From: a candidate division WWE3 bacterium UBA1401 | Lineage (GTDB): Bacteria; Patescibacteriota; WWE3; UBA101185; UBA10185 | Reading direction: 5' to 3' | DNA: 64,000 bases | Assembly: GCA_002305115.1 (NCBI GenBank) | Contig: DBQF01000003.1 | Coordinates: 65,338-129,337, forward strand | In this document: positions 18,933-27,605 of the stretch, in pieces | Layout of the letters: each line of letters starts with the position of its first letter | How positions within the stretch are numbered: the first letter of the stretch is position 1 | Made by a program: the position numbers and the translations under genes | Notes under the pieces: generated by a model | The model's input: the letters and a program-made list of their open reading frames with translations, nothing else | The model's database searches: none | What the model was told of the DNA's origin: nothing

Positions 18933-19032
18933 GTACTATGTATGCGAGGCCATGAGGCTTCTACGGAGCGCAGCGTGCTTTAGCTCCGCGAGCACCGGAA
19001 AGTCTCTGGCCGAGCAAGTACACTAATTATAA

Positions 19033-20484
19033 CTATCTACACCGATAGACGGCAACAACCGGCACATCTGCGCCAAAAGACCTTTCCAAAACACAACTTC
19101 CATACCCTGTAAACATCGGCCTCGTCGTATCAATCGACTGCACTACAAAACTAGTCTTTCCATCACAATCCATCTGAGCATTACCCTCATAAAAAGGAAA
19201 AAAAGAATCAAAATTATTCGGAACACAAGTATAAGCATCTCTGCCCTTATCATTCAGATAAAGGGCCGCGGGGGCGAAGTATTCTCCGCTATTATCATAA
19301 ATTCCTAACTTAATAGCAGAGCCAGTACCACCAAAAACAGGTGAATAGTAGGCAGAAAAAACATTCTTTGTGGTTATAAACACCGACACTAAGAACAAAA
19401 CACCTGCAAACTTTAGCAAAAGACCTTTATTAGAGCTTAAATTGGCCAAAGAAATAGCGGCCACTAAAAGCAACGGAGGAAACAAAGATATAACGTAACG
19501 ATCAATTTTCTTGGACGCCAAAGTTAAAAATACCAGATATACCAAAAAGTAGCCGAAGATATAAAACCCGTGTTTTACTTTGGTACCATTTAGCCAGCAC
19601 AGCACGATCACAAGCAACGTAAAGGGGGACATCTTGAATAAAAGCGTCATCAAATAAAAAGAGTTTTGTAAACTATCAGAAGTAATAGTTACATCTGAGC
19701 CAACTGCATTAAAGATGGCGTCATAAAGCTTTTGGACAACAAGAACAGGGGATACCCACATGGCAGGAAATAAAATTATAAATGTAGCTAAAGAAACACC
19801 GGCAAATACGAAAAATGGTTTAACCTGTTTTGTTCTAAAATAATTGTTAATAAAAATAAGTAAAAACAATGGAGTCAGAATTAACGACGTCAGCTTACTC
19901 AGTACGGACAACGCAAAAAAGCCGGCAGAAATGGGAATTAATTTAGGTTTTTGCACTTTCGTCCAATACAATAGAGTTAAAAAAGTAACAAATGCCAGAT
20001 ATGTCTCCAAAGAAGTTAAGTGAAACCATCTATCAATTCCCACAAGGTAAGGCTCAATAGCTACAAGAAAGACATAGACTAAGGCCGTCTGGTCACTAAA
20101 CAACTGCCGGATTAAAACAGCTTGAAACACCAATAAAATGCCAAGTACTCCTAGCAGACTAAGCTTAGATATAGCGTGTAATATAGGGAAAAAGTCTGCA
20201 TTTTCTAGAGTTTGAGGATTACCTGTAGTAAACAGCTGGTAACTAAATACTGCTTGTTTAACAACAGCATTTAGCCACATTAGCGTAATACCCGGCTGAT
20301 AATGCTGGTAGGTTGATTTTAAATCACCGGCTTTAAGTGCTTCCAAAAAGTACTGCGATCGCCTATGCCAGCGTAGGGCATCGGAATTGGAAATATCAGC
20401 CCCAAGACCAACAACTCTTGGAATAAAAAACAGCAACAAGGTTAAAATCAGGAGCTTAGTAAAATTACTATTTGGCTTAGGCAT
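19033..20484 (-). CDS. GT-C fold glycosyltransferase (PMT_2/ArnT-like)
   Basis: The 483-aa protein is polytopic. ISNSDALRWHRRSQYF follows TM1. Confidence 0.65.
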   Translation of the reverse strand: MPKPNSNFTKLLILTLLLFFIPRVVGLGADISNSDALRWHRRSQYFLEALKAGDLKSTYQHYQPGITLMWLNAVVKQAVFSYQLFTTGNPQTLENADFFPILHAISKLSLLGVLGILLVFQAVLIRQLFSDQTALVYVFLVAIEPYLVGIDRWFHLTSLETYLAFVTFLTLLYWTKVQKPKLIPISAGFFALSVLSKLTSLILTPLFLLIFINNYFRTKQVKPFFVFAGVSLATFIILFPAMWVSPVLVVQKLYDAIFNAVGSDVTITSDSLQNSFYLMTLLFKMSPFTLLVIVLCWLNGTKVKHGFYIFGYFLVYLVFLTLASKKIDRYVISLFPPLLLVAAISLANLSSNKGLLLKFAGVLFLVSVFITTKNVFSAYYSPVFGGTGSAIKLGIYDNSGEYFAPAALYLNDKGRDAYTCVPNNFDSFFPFYEGNAQMDCDGKTSFVVQSIDTTRPMFTGYGSCVLERSFGADVPVVAVYRCR

Positions 20485-21590
20485 TACAAGAAGACAGTTC
20501 CATCAAATACCCGTACACCTCTAACCCACAGGCTTAAGTACCAGGCATAAAATAAATAAAAAGCCATAACGGTAATATAATACATAACTTTGTACTTATA
20601 GCTAAATAGTTCAATTGCTCCCAAAATCAATATTGGTATAAACCAAATTAAGTAAGTTCTGTTTAGGACAGGGGTGAAAAGATAAAAAGGTACAAAAGAA
20701 AGCATCGCTAAAATATATTTGTTTGTAAGCTTTTTTGTTAAATATAACAACGGTGTCATAATCCAGCCGGAAAATGTTGCCAAATAAACATATATTTTTA
20801 AGTAAGCAATATCAAATACATTAAGCCCTGTAACCCATTTTATGAAAAAAAGAATTGGCCTGCCTTGAGGCTCCCTGGTACTATGCACCAGAAACACAGA
20901 ATTAATATACGAAAGCAAATCTTCCCTAGAAAGAATAAACGGAACACTAATTGCCAGCGCGAAAACAAAGCCACCTGTCAAGAACCTCAGCTTTCTTTTG
21001 CTACCCAAGAAAAAGAGCGGAAACAACACAATAGGAAAAGCCTTAAACGAAACTGCTGCTGCATACACCATTCCTGTTAAGAAATCTTTCTTTCCTAGCA
21101 GGTGCAATGCCAAGACCATAAAGAAAATACCAAGAGGCTCTGTATATGAGTAAGTTCTATTAACCACAAAATAAGGGTTAAGTAACCAGACGAGTAACCC
21201 TACCAAAAGAGCCCAGTAGTTTTTCTTATATAAGAAAATAATTAAAACCAAGGCAGTTCCAACATCTGCAACCAGAACCGGGGCTTTCCACAGCCTCTGC
21301 AAAGGTAAGTCACTAACACGAGCCAACAAGTACAAAGGCGTCTGGATATAAAGCAAACTTGGCATATAGGCATAACCCTTATCTCTATACTGATCAGGAT
21401 ACCTATAGGTGTTCCATGTATGAATGTATGGGTTTTCAGCGTGTGTAAACCTATAAACTGTGTCCACAAAAGTTGTCAGTTCACCACCCGATTCATCAAA
21501 CACTTTATACTTCTGGAAAGAAGAAAACAAGATAATGACAAGTACAAGTGCAGGTTTTATCAGGTCTTGTTTTGCAAAATCCCTCAACAT
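20484..21590 (-). CDS. Polytopic glycosyltransferase, GT87 (ex-DUF2029)-like. It is a paralogue of 6699..7817.
   Basis: It shares KGYAYMPSLLY and LFTPVLNRTY with 6699..7817. Its stop overlaps the next gene by 1 nt. Confidence 0.6.
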   Translation of the reverse strand: MLRDFAKQDLIKPALVLVIILFSSFQKYKVFDESGGELTTFVDTVYRFTHAENPYIHTWNTYRYPDQYRDKGYAYMPSLLYIQTPLYLLARVSDLPLQRLWKAPVLVADVGTALVLIIFLYKKNYWALLVGLLVWLLNPYFVVNRTYSYTEPLGIFFMVLALHLLGKKDFLTGMVYAAAVSFKAFPIVLFPLFFLGSKRKLRFLTGGFVFALAISVPFILSREDLLSYINSVFLVHSTREPQGRPILFFIKWVTGLNVFDIAYLKIYVYLATFSGWIMTPLLYLTKKLTNKYILAMLSFVPFYLFTPVLNRTYLIWFIPILILGAIELFSYKYKVMYYITVMAFYLFYAWYLSLWVRGVRVFDGTVFL

Positions 21591-21611
21591 AGGGTAATTT
21601 AAACATAAATT

Positions 21612-22154
21612 ATGGATAATATCGATTTACAACTTTTACCTGATAACCCCGTACTCAGAAGCGCAATCGAAAGCTTAGTGCTAATCTTCGGCGGTCTTGT
21701 TGTTAAAACCTTATCCAACTCAGTAGTAAAAACCATGGCTGCTAAGGTTCTCAACAGGCTTAACAGAGATGCTTTGGCAAGACAGCGTGCAGATACATTA
21801 GCCAATTTAGCCAGAAGTGCCTTTAGTATAGTAATCTTCGGCATTATTACCCTCATGGTATTGGATATCTGGGGAATAGACATAAGGCCCATATTAACAG
21901 GTGTCGGTATAGTTGGATTAGCTGCAGGTATTGGCGCACAGACTTTAGTAAAGGATACAGTTACAGGGTTGTTTATTTCTGTTGAAAACCAGTTTAATGT
22001 GGGAGACAAAGTAAAAGTTGCCAACATTGAGGGTAAAGTTTTAGAGATGAATATTAGAACTACCGTTATACAGGATGATAACGGCACAATGTATATCATT
22101 CCAAACTCCCAGATTTCCACAGTTGCAAACTATTCCAAAAAAGATTTACAATAA
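21612..22154 (+). CDS. Short MscS-family mechanosensitive channel
   Basis: It contains GIVGLAAGIGAQTLVKDTVTGLFISVENQFNVGDKV...IIPNSQI. At 180 aa it lacks the usual C-terminal domain. Confidence 0.8.
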   Translation: MDNIDLQLLPDNPVLRSAIESLVLIFGGLVVKTLSNSVVKTMAAKVLNRLNRDALARQRADTLANLARSAFSIVIFGIITLMVLDIWGIDIRPILTGVGIVGLAAGIGAQTLVKDTVTGLFISVENQFNVGDKVKVANIEGKVLEMNIRTTVIQDDNGTMYIIPNSQISTVANYSKKDLQ

Positions 22155-22159
22155 CCTAG

Positions 22160-23101
22160 ATGAGTAAAGTTTTTGAATGGATAAAGCAAAACAAAGTAAC
22201 CACAGTGCTCATCATACTTGTCCTCTGGCTAGTCTTCTTCAGAAACAGAAACCATACCATCACATTTAACGGATTTGGAAGCAAAACCTTTGAAGCGCCA
22301 GATATGGCGTATGAAGCATCTCCTATGTCAGACAGCTTTTCCAGCAGTGGCATGAGCAGGAGTACAAACTATTATTACCCAAAACCACAAGCACCGCTCC
22401 AAACAGAGGTTACAGATAGAAAAATCGTAACCACCACAAATATATCACTGTTAGTTAAGGATGTTTCGGAAACTACTGGCAAAATTTTAACGGAAGCATC
22501 AGCCTTAGGCGGTTTCATGGTATCCCGAGCTAATAACAGCCCGATTGAGGGTGCTACAGGTCAAATAACAGTAAGAGTACCTTCTGACAAAGTAGAAACA
22601 TTTATGGACAAATTAAGAGGGCTGGCTATACGAGTTGTTTCGGAAAATGTTGATGGCTACGATATAACAGACCAGTATGTTGACACCGAGGCAAGGCTAG
22701 CTACGTTAACTAAGACTAAAACTATGTTTGAAGGTATTTTGGAAAAAACTACAGATGTAGATGAAATCTTACGAGTTCAGGAACGTATTTTGAATGTACA
22801 GTCTCAGATTGAAAGTCTCCAAGGCCAATTACAACATATGAAGGGAACTAGTGAGTTTTCGCTTGTCACTGTTTATCTAGCCACAGATGACTTAGCCTTG
22901 CCATACGCTCCAGGCAATCCCTGGAGGCCTAATGTGGTCTTTAAGTACGCGGTAAGGTCTTTGGTGAAAGATCTTAGGGGTGTTGGCAATACAGGTATCT
23001 GGCTTGGAGTTTACGCTGTTTTTTGGTTACCTGTTTTAATACTAGCTATCGTAATTATTAAAGTCCTCAAAAAGAGGAGACAGACAAAAACACTACAATA
23101 A
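22160..23101 (+). CDS. DUF4349-domain protein
   Basis: It contains ITVRVPSDKVETFMDKLRGL...DITDQYVDTEARLATL plus a C-terminal TM. Confidence 0.7.
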   Translation: MSKVFEWIKQNKVTTVLIILVLWLVFFRNRNHTITFNGFGSKTFEAPDMAYEASPMSDSFSSSGMSRSTNYYYPKPQAPLQTEVTDRKIVTTTNISLLVKDVSETTGKILTEASALGGFMVSRANNSPIEGATGQITVRVPSDKVETFMDKLRGLAIRVVSENVDGYDITDQYVDTEARLATLTKTKTMFEGILEKTTDVDEILRVQERILNVQSQIESLQGQLQHMKGTSEFSLVTVYLATDDLALPYAPGNPWRPNVVFKYAVRSLVKDLRGVGNTGIWLGVYAVFWLPVLILAIVIIKVLKKRRQTKTLQ

Positions 23102-23142
23102 AAATACCTACCATCTATTCTTTCATAACAGAAAGGGGAATC

Positions 23143-23331
23143 ATGGAAATCCGGAAGGCGGAAGCACCCTATGAAGGTCCGTGTGAATGTAAGTGTGGAT
23201 GCACAAACCCAGCTGATCCAAACAATTTGGATCATTTGTGCAGAGACTGTAAAGAAAACAGGCATGCCTGGAAAAAGGGCAAAGAACCTATACACACGGA
23301 GTTCCAACGTCTACGAGAGGGGGCGGCGTGA
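23143..23331 (+). CDS. Small Cys-rich (CxCxCxC...CxxC) protein
   Basis: SD aaagggga lies upstream and its own terminator lies at 23343-23380. Confidence 0.45.
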   Translation: MEIRKAEAPYEGPCECKCGCTNPADPNNLDHLCRDCKENRHAWKKGKEPIHTEFQRLREGAA

Positions 23332-23342
23332 GAGAGCCAGCA

Positions 23343-23380
23343 AGAGCCAACGTAGAACTATCGCGCTTGGCTCTGTTTTT
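23343..23380 (+). terminator. Rho-independent terminator
   Basis: The arms agagccaa and ttggctct pair, followed by gttttt. Confidence 0.55.
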
Positions 23381-23442
23381 ATAAATGAAACCTTACCCCT
23401 ACACTCCCCATCTTCCTTGGCTGGCTAAATACTATAATGCCA

Positions 23443-23466
23443 CCGGAGGCTAAAGCCTCCGGTTAA
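23443..23466 (+). repeat. Conserved hairpin element (copy 2), CCGGAGGCTAAAGCCTCCGGTTAA
   Basis: I read it directly. Confidence 0.8.
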
Positions 23467-23480
23467 TCTGGTCAATAACG

Positions 23481-23503
23481 TAACCCGAGGCTTTAGCCTC
23501 GGG
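23481..23503 (-). repeat. Conserved hairpin element (copy 3, inverted), TAACCCGAGGCTTTAGCCTCGGG
   Basis: It is the reverse complement of the copy 1 consensus. Confidence 0.8.
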
Positions 23504-23510
23504 GTAACAG

Positions 23511-24917
23511 TTAATCTGCAGAAACCCTGCGAAACACCATCGCCACCGGGGCGTCATTGTGATAGAACTCCTTCTCCAACGTATAATTCATCAAAAACCC
23601 ATAATCCATCGGCCGAAATTCCTGCGATTCATAAATAAACACATAATACTGCGGCAAAAAATTTGAACCGGGTGGCGTGACATCAAACTTCTGCAAATAA
23701 TACTCAGCAATCGTCGCGTTATCATTCGTATACACATTCCTAACACCCCTCTTTGCATACAAATAATCCTGCACCTTATCCCACGCTCTATAATACGGAA
23801 ACCCATATAAAAACAAATGCCTGTTCTTCTCTATGGGCGCGTTCCAGGGATAACCCTTATTAAACGAAGGTAAATACACCTGCAACGAATAAATCAGCTG
23901 TAGGGCAATGACAAAAGTTAGTACATACAACAAGACATTACCAAAAAACTTAGGAGCCGTTTTCGCTAACTCGTCAAGCTGGATGCCAGCCAACACAAAT
24001 AGAGGTATTAAATAGTTATATATATGCGTTCCGGGATTTAAAAACACAAACTGGAAAGTTAAGAAGGCTAAAACAAACCACAAAAGGAACACACTCTTCT
24101 GCCAACTTATTTCCTTAAAGAATACAAAAAATGCGGCAGCTAAGGGCAATAGCCCAAAAATGAAGGGATTATAAACAAAAATAGTATATGGACTGAAATT
24201 CTGATCAAAATTACTGCCGGTAACACGTCTTTCAATATAGCCAAGGGTGTTTGTACTAAAATATCCCGAAACAATATATGGAACATAAAATGCAGCAAGA
24301 AGAATAACCACTGGAACACAAAAAAGCGCAAAGTTTTTTAATTTCACATTATTCTTAACTAACACATAAATAACCGGAATAACAAAGAAGACAGCGTCAT
24401 AGTGAGCCAAGCAAGCAAGTGCCATACTCGCTGATCCTGCAATCAGTAACCAGGGTCGTGAGTTTCTCACATAACGAATAACAAGATATAAGGCCAGAAA
24501 TCCGAAAAACAGCAAGATACTTTGATACTGAATAGTTCTGGCAAAAGCAATAAAAAAACCATTCACCGATAGCAAAATTGCAGCAATAAAAGCAGCTCGA
24601 TAATTAAACAGATCTTTTATGATCAAATAAAGTATAATTACTGCGGCGATACCGGCCAGGGCAAACGGCAGCCGAGTTACAAATTCATCATAGCCACCGG
24701 AAAGTTTTTCCATAGTCCAGGAAACTAAAAACTGTGTGGGTCCTTTTCGTTGATCTAACAAGAATTGTTTAGCAGGAATAGTTTTATCCAGATAAAATGT
24801 CTTGGTTTCGTCACCATAAAAATGGGAATAACCAAGCCCCGGTAATCTAAGAATAGCCGTTACCACAAAAAGCACCACTAGTAAAAACATTTCTGCTCTA
24901 TTCAGTTTGCGAAGCAT
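23511..24917 (-). CDS. GT-C fold glycosyltransferase (PMT_2/ArnT-like). It is a paralogue of 38621..40102.
   Basis: It carries FYGDETKTFY...QRKGPTQF after TM1. The start could instead be ATG 24890. Confidence 0.7.
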   Translation of the reverse strand: MLRKLNRAEMFLLVVLFVVTAILRLPGLGYSHFYGDETKTFYLDKTIPAKQFLLDQRKGPTQFLVSWTMEKLSGGYDEFVTRLPFALAGIAAVIILYLIIKDLFNYRAAFIAAILLSVNGFFIAFARTIQYQSILLFFGFLALYLVIRYVRNSRPWLLIAGSASMALACLAHYDAVFFVIPVIYVLVKNNVKLKNFALFCVPVVILLAAFYVPYIVSGYFSTNTLGYIERRVTGSNFDQNFSPYTIFVYNPFIFGLLPLAAAFFVFFKEISWQKSVFLLWFVLAFLTFQFVFLNPGTHIYNYLIPLFVLAGIQLDELAKTAPKFFGNVLLYVLTFVIALQLIYSLQVYLPSFNKGYPWNAPIEKNRHLFLYGFPYYRAWDKVQDYLYAKRGVRNVYTNDNATIAEYYLQKFDVTPPGSNFLPQYYVFIYESQEFRPMDYGFLMNYTLEKEFYHNDAPVAMVFRRVSAD

Positions 24918-25848
24918 TAGCTAAGTAGCTCTCGGCATCTATGGCCGCCATTGCCCCAAATCCCGCAGCCGTAATAGCCTGACGATATCTGGGGTCTGAA
25001 ACATCTCCGGCTACAAATACACCCGGTTTTGAAGTTTGAGTGTTATTAGTTATTTTCACATGGCCACGCTCATCCAGTTCAATAAAATCCATTAAAAAGG
25101 TAGTATTGGGCATACTACCAATAGCCACAAACATACCCGATATATCAAGAGTTTCAGTGTCGTCAGTTTTTAAATTATGAATTTTTATACCTTCTACACT
25201 CTTTTCACCCAAAATTTCCTGCACCTCTATATTAAACATAGGAATAATTTTGTCGTTGGCAAATGCTAAGTCTTGCATGTATTTACTCGCACGCAATTCA
25301 GACTTGTCTTCCCGAACTACTAAGTATACTTTAGATGCAAACTTGGTTAGAAAAGTAGCTTCTTCCATAGCAGTATCACCCCCGCCAATAACTGCCACAG
25401 TCTGGTCTTTAAAGAAAGCAGCATCACAGGTAGCACACACACAAACGCCTCTGCCACGCAGTTTTTGTTCGTTTGGAAGCCCAAGCCATCTGGGAGACAC
25501 TCCGGTAGCAATGATTAAAGTACGGCCTGTATAAGTGTTATTACTATCAGTAGTAACTGTAAAGTTTTCTTTTGCGGTACCAGATAGGGAAGAAACGTTT
25601 TCAAAGACAAAACTCGCACCGAAATTTTTTGCCTGATCCATGGTACGGTTCATAAGTTCCGGGCCGTAAATGCCTTCGGGAAAACCGGGAAAGTTTTCTA
25701 CTTTAGTTGTGGTGGTAAGCTGACCGCCAGGTGTAAAGCCAGAAATCACGAGGGTTTTCAGTTTTGCGCGTGCAGTATAAATTGCTGCAGTAAGCCCCGC
25801 AGGCCCACTGCCTAGTATGATCACGTCGTATAAATCGGTTTGAGTCAT
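24898..25848 (-). CDS. trxB: Thioredoxin-disulfide reductase
   Basis: It has GSGPAG, the redox CATCD and GGGDTAMEEA. Confidence 0.95.
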   Translation of the reverse strand: MTQTDLYDVIILGSGPAGLTAAIYTARAKLKTLVISGFTPGGQLTTTTKVENFPGFPEGIYGPELMNRTMDQAKNFGASFVFENVSSLSGTAKENFTVTTDSNNTYTGRTLIIATGVSPRWLGLPNEQKLRGRGVCVCATCDAAFFKDQTVAVIGGGDTAMEEATFLTKFASKVYLVVREDKSELRASKYMQDLAFANDKIIPMFNIEVQEILGEKSVEGIKIHNLKTDDTETLDISGMFVAIGSMPNTTFLMDFIELDERGHVKITNNTQTSKPGVFVAGDVSDPRYRQAITAAGFGAMAAIDAESYLANASQTE

Positions 25849-25881
25849 GAAGTTAGTATAGCACTCTTCCTACCATCTGCT

Positions 25882-26811
25882 CTAGGAAGGAAACCATCCA
25901 GTAGCAGCATCTTCATATGAATTATAACTAACAAAAAGCGACGTATCCATGCGAAATAATATTTCATTGTCATCTTCATCAAGCCAACAACCTTTACCAA
26001 CATCAAAATGAACACCAAACTGAGCACGCACAAACTTCTGGTTTAAATCAACAATAAAACTAGGGGGTGGGGGAAACTCTACCGCACTAGGGTCAAGCAA
26101 ACCAAAATCAACCGCAGATCTTGCGGCATCAAACCAGTCCATCACTACAAATTCGCCAATGAAATCTTTATTCGTGTTAAGGTCTCTGATTCCTAAATAA
26201 ATAGTATCTCCCATATGATCGTATGAAATATTACCTAATCCTATATCTTCGTTAAGTTCTTCTGCTATTTGAGCATCACTTTTACCTGCTTTCTTACCCT
26301 CCGATACACAATATTCAACTCTAGCTCGAAATCTTTCAGATAACCGCATCATATTAACAGCAGCTACCCTACCTTCTTGCGTAATCAACTCAAACTCATG
26401 ATCATCAACGTGATCGTGCATAGTTTGACTGAGTCTAAAGGCAAGTACTCTATCCCACAAGTCAACACCGTTATCACTAGCTTCTCGATAGACCGAAGCT
26501 ACGCCCATGCCCATACGTGTAAAGCCCTTAGGTATTTCATGACGTAGTATGTTCTCGTACCAGTCTATTGACCTTAGTTCTATTTGTTTCTCCATATCTA
26601 TTTTTCTAAGATTTGCCATAGTCTCTGCTTTTGCAGGCTTACCAAGTACAAGATTTGCAGCCATGGCACCTAAACCAGCCAGGAAAGCTCTACGGTGCAT
26701 TAAGCTAGATGGAATACTAGTGGGTTCTTCCGGATCTGTTGATATCTCTTGCGAAGTGTGTTCAGAGTTTGGAGGAATTGGATTAATTAGACTTTCTTCA
26801 CCATTGGACAT
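25882..26811 (-). CDS. Hypothetical exported protein with a twin-arginine-like signal
   Basis: HRRAFLAGLGAMAANLVLGKPAKA follows a roughly 38-aa polar N-region. Confidence 0.5.
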   Translation of the reverse strand: MSNGEESLINPIPPNSEHTSQEISTDPEEPTSIPSSLMHRRAFLAGLGAMAANLVLGKPAKAETMANLRKIDMEKQIELRSIDWYENILRHEIPKGFTRMGMGVASVYREASDNGVDLWDRVLAFRLSQTMHDHVDDHEFELITQEGRVAAVNMMRLSERFRARVEYCVSEGKKAGKSDAQIAEELNEDIGLGNISYDHMGDTIYLGIRDLNTNKDFIGEFVVMDWFDAARSAVDFGLLDPSAVEFPPPPSFIVDLNQKFVRAQFGVHFDVGKGCWLDEDDNEILFRMDTSLFVSYNSYEDAATGWFPS

Positions 26812-26861
26812 ATAAACATCTTATCTTACATATGAAAAATGGTAAAATAGCTGTGTGTTTT

Positions 26862-26935
26862 GCGGGTGTAGTTCAATGGTAGAACGTCAGTTTTCCAAAC
26901 TGAGAACGGGAGTTCGATTCTCCTCACCCGCTCCA
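26862..26935 (+). tRNA. tRNA-Gly(UCC), CCA encoded
   Basis: It folds as a cloverleaf: acceptor gcgggtg/cacccgc and anticodon loop ttTCCaa. Confidence 0.92.
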
Positions 26936-26943
26936 GGTATTAC

Positions 26944-27558
26944 ATGAACATAGAATTAGTACATACTAACAATCCAATCTTGAGACAAACATGCCTACCC
27001 ATCAGCCCTGCTGAACTCAGAACAAGAGAATGCCAAGACCTAATAGAACTAATGCTAGACGAGGTTTATGGCAAGAATAACAAAGACCAAAATAGAAATA
27101 CAAACCAACCAACGGTGGTAGGGCTGTCAGCTAATCAGATGGGTGTCAACAAGAGGATTTCAATTGTTGATTTAGCCATCAGTTTGAAAGGCTATAGTAA
27201 TATACAAGTTTTAGTCAACCCCGAGATAACATGGAAATCCAAAACGATTATAGAAAGACTTGAGGGTTGTGTAAGTATCCCATCTGTCTGGGGCTACGTA
27301 AAGCGATCTGGCCGAGTAAAAGTTAATGCTCTAGACAGAGCAGGAAACAAATTACAGCTGGATGTAAAGGGCTGGACAGCAGTGCTGCTACAACATGAGC
27401 TTGAGCATTTAAACGGCATACTATTCATCGATCACCTGGAAGATCCCACAAAGGCACATTTAGTTCAACCAGATGAGTATAGAGTACATAAACTCGCAAA
27501 GAAAAACTGGAATAAGTTTGTAGATATTTCCAAACTAGTTAAATTACAAAACAAATAG
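26944..27558 (+). CDS. def: Peptide deformylase
   Basis: Motifs GLSANQMG, EGCVSIP and HELEHLNG are present. Confidence 0.9.
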   Translation: MNIELVHTNNPILRQTCLPISPAELRTRECQDLIELMLDEVYGKNNKDQNRNTNQPTVVGLSANQMGVNKRISIVDLAISLKGYSNIQVLVNPEITWKSKTIIERLEGCVSIPSVWGYVKRSGRVKVNALDRAGNKLQLDVKGWTAVLLQHELEHLNGILFIDHLEDPTKAHLVQPDEYRVHKLAKKNWNKFVDISKLVKLQNK

Positions 27559-27562
27559 AAAA

Positions 27563-27598
27563 CCCCTCCTAACCATCCCAAAAGACAATTAGAAGGGG
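27563..27598. terminator. Hairpin between convergent def and the SpoVS-like gene
   Basis: The arms cccctcctaa and ttagaagggg pair with 1 mismatch. Confidence 0.4.
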
Positions 27599-27605
27599 AT
27601 TAGCA

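Noticed and set aside
18940-19020. Possible SRP (4.5S) RNA, suggested by an accGGAAagt tetraloop
   Set aside because: The conserved helix-8 context is absent (no AGCA 3' of the tetraloop-closing stem and no matching symmetric loop). The same test fails for the cUUCGg hairpin at 47160-47210.
21599-22120. 173-aa ORF on the minus strand covering almost all of the MscS gene
   Set aside because: The plus-strand frame carries the MscS signature (GIGAQTLVKDTVTGLFI...NVGDKV). The antisense product has no motif, and an open antisense frame of this kind can occur by chance.
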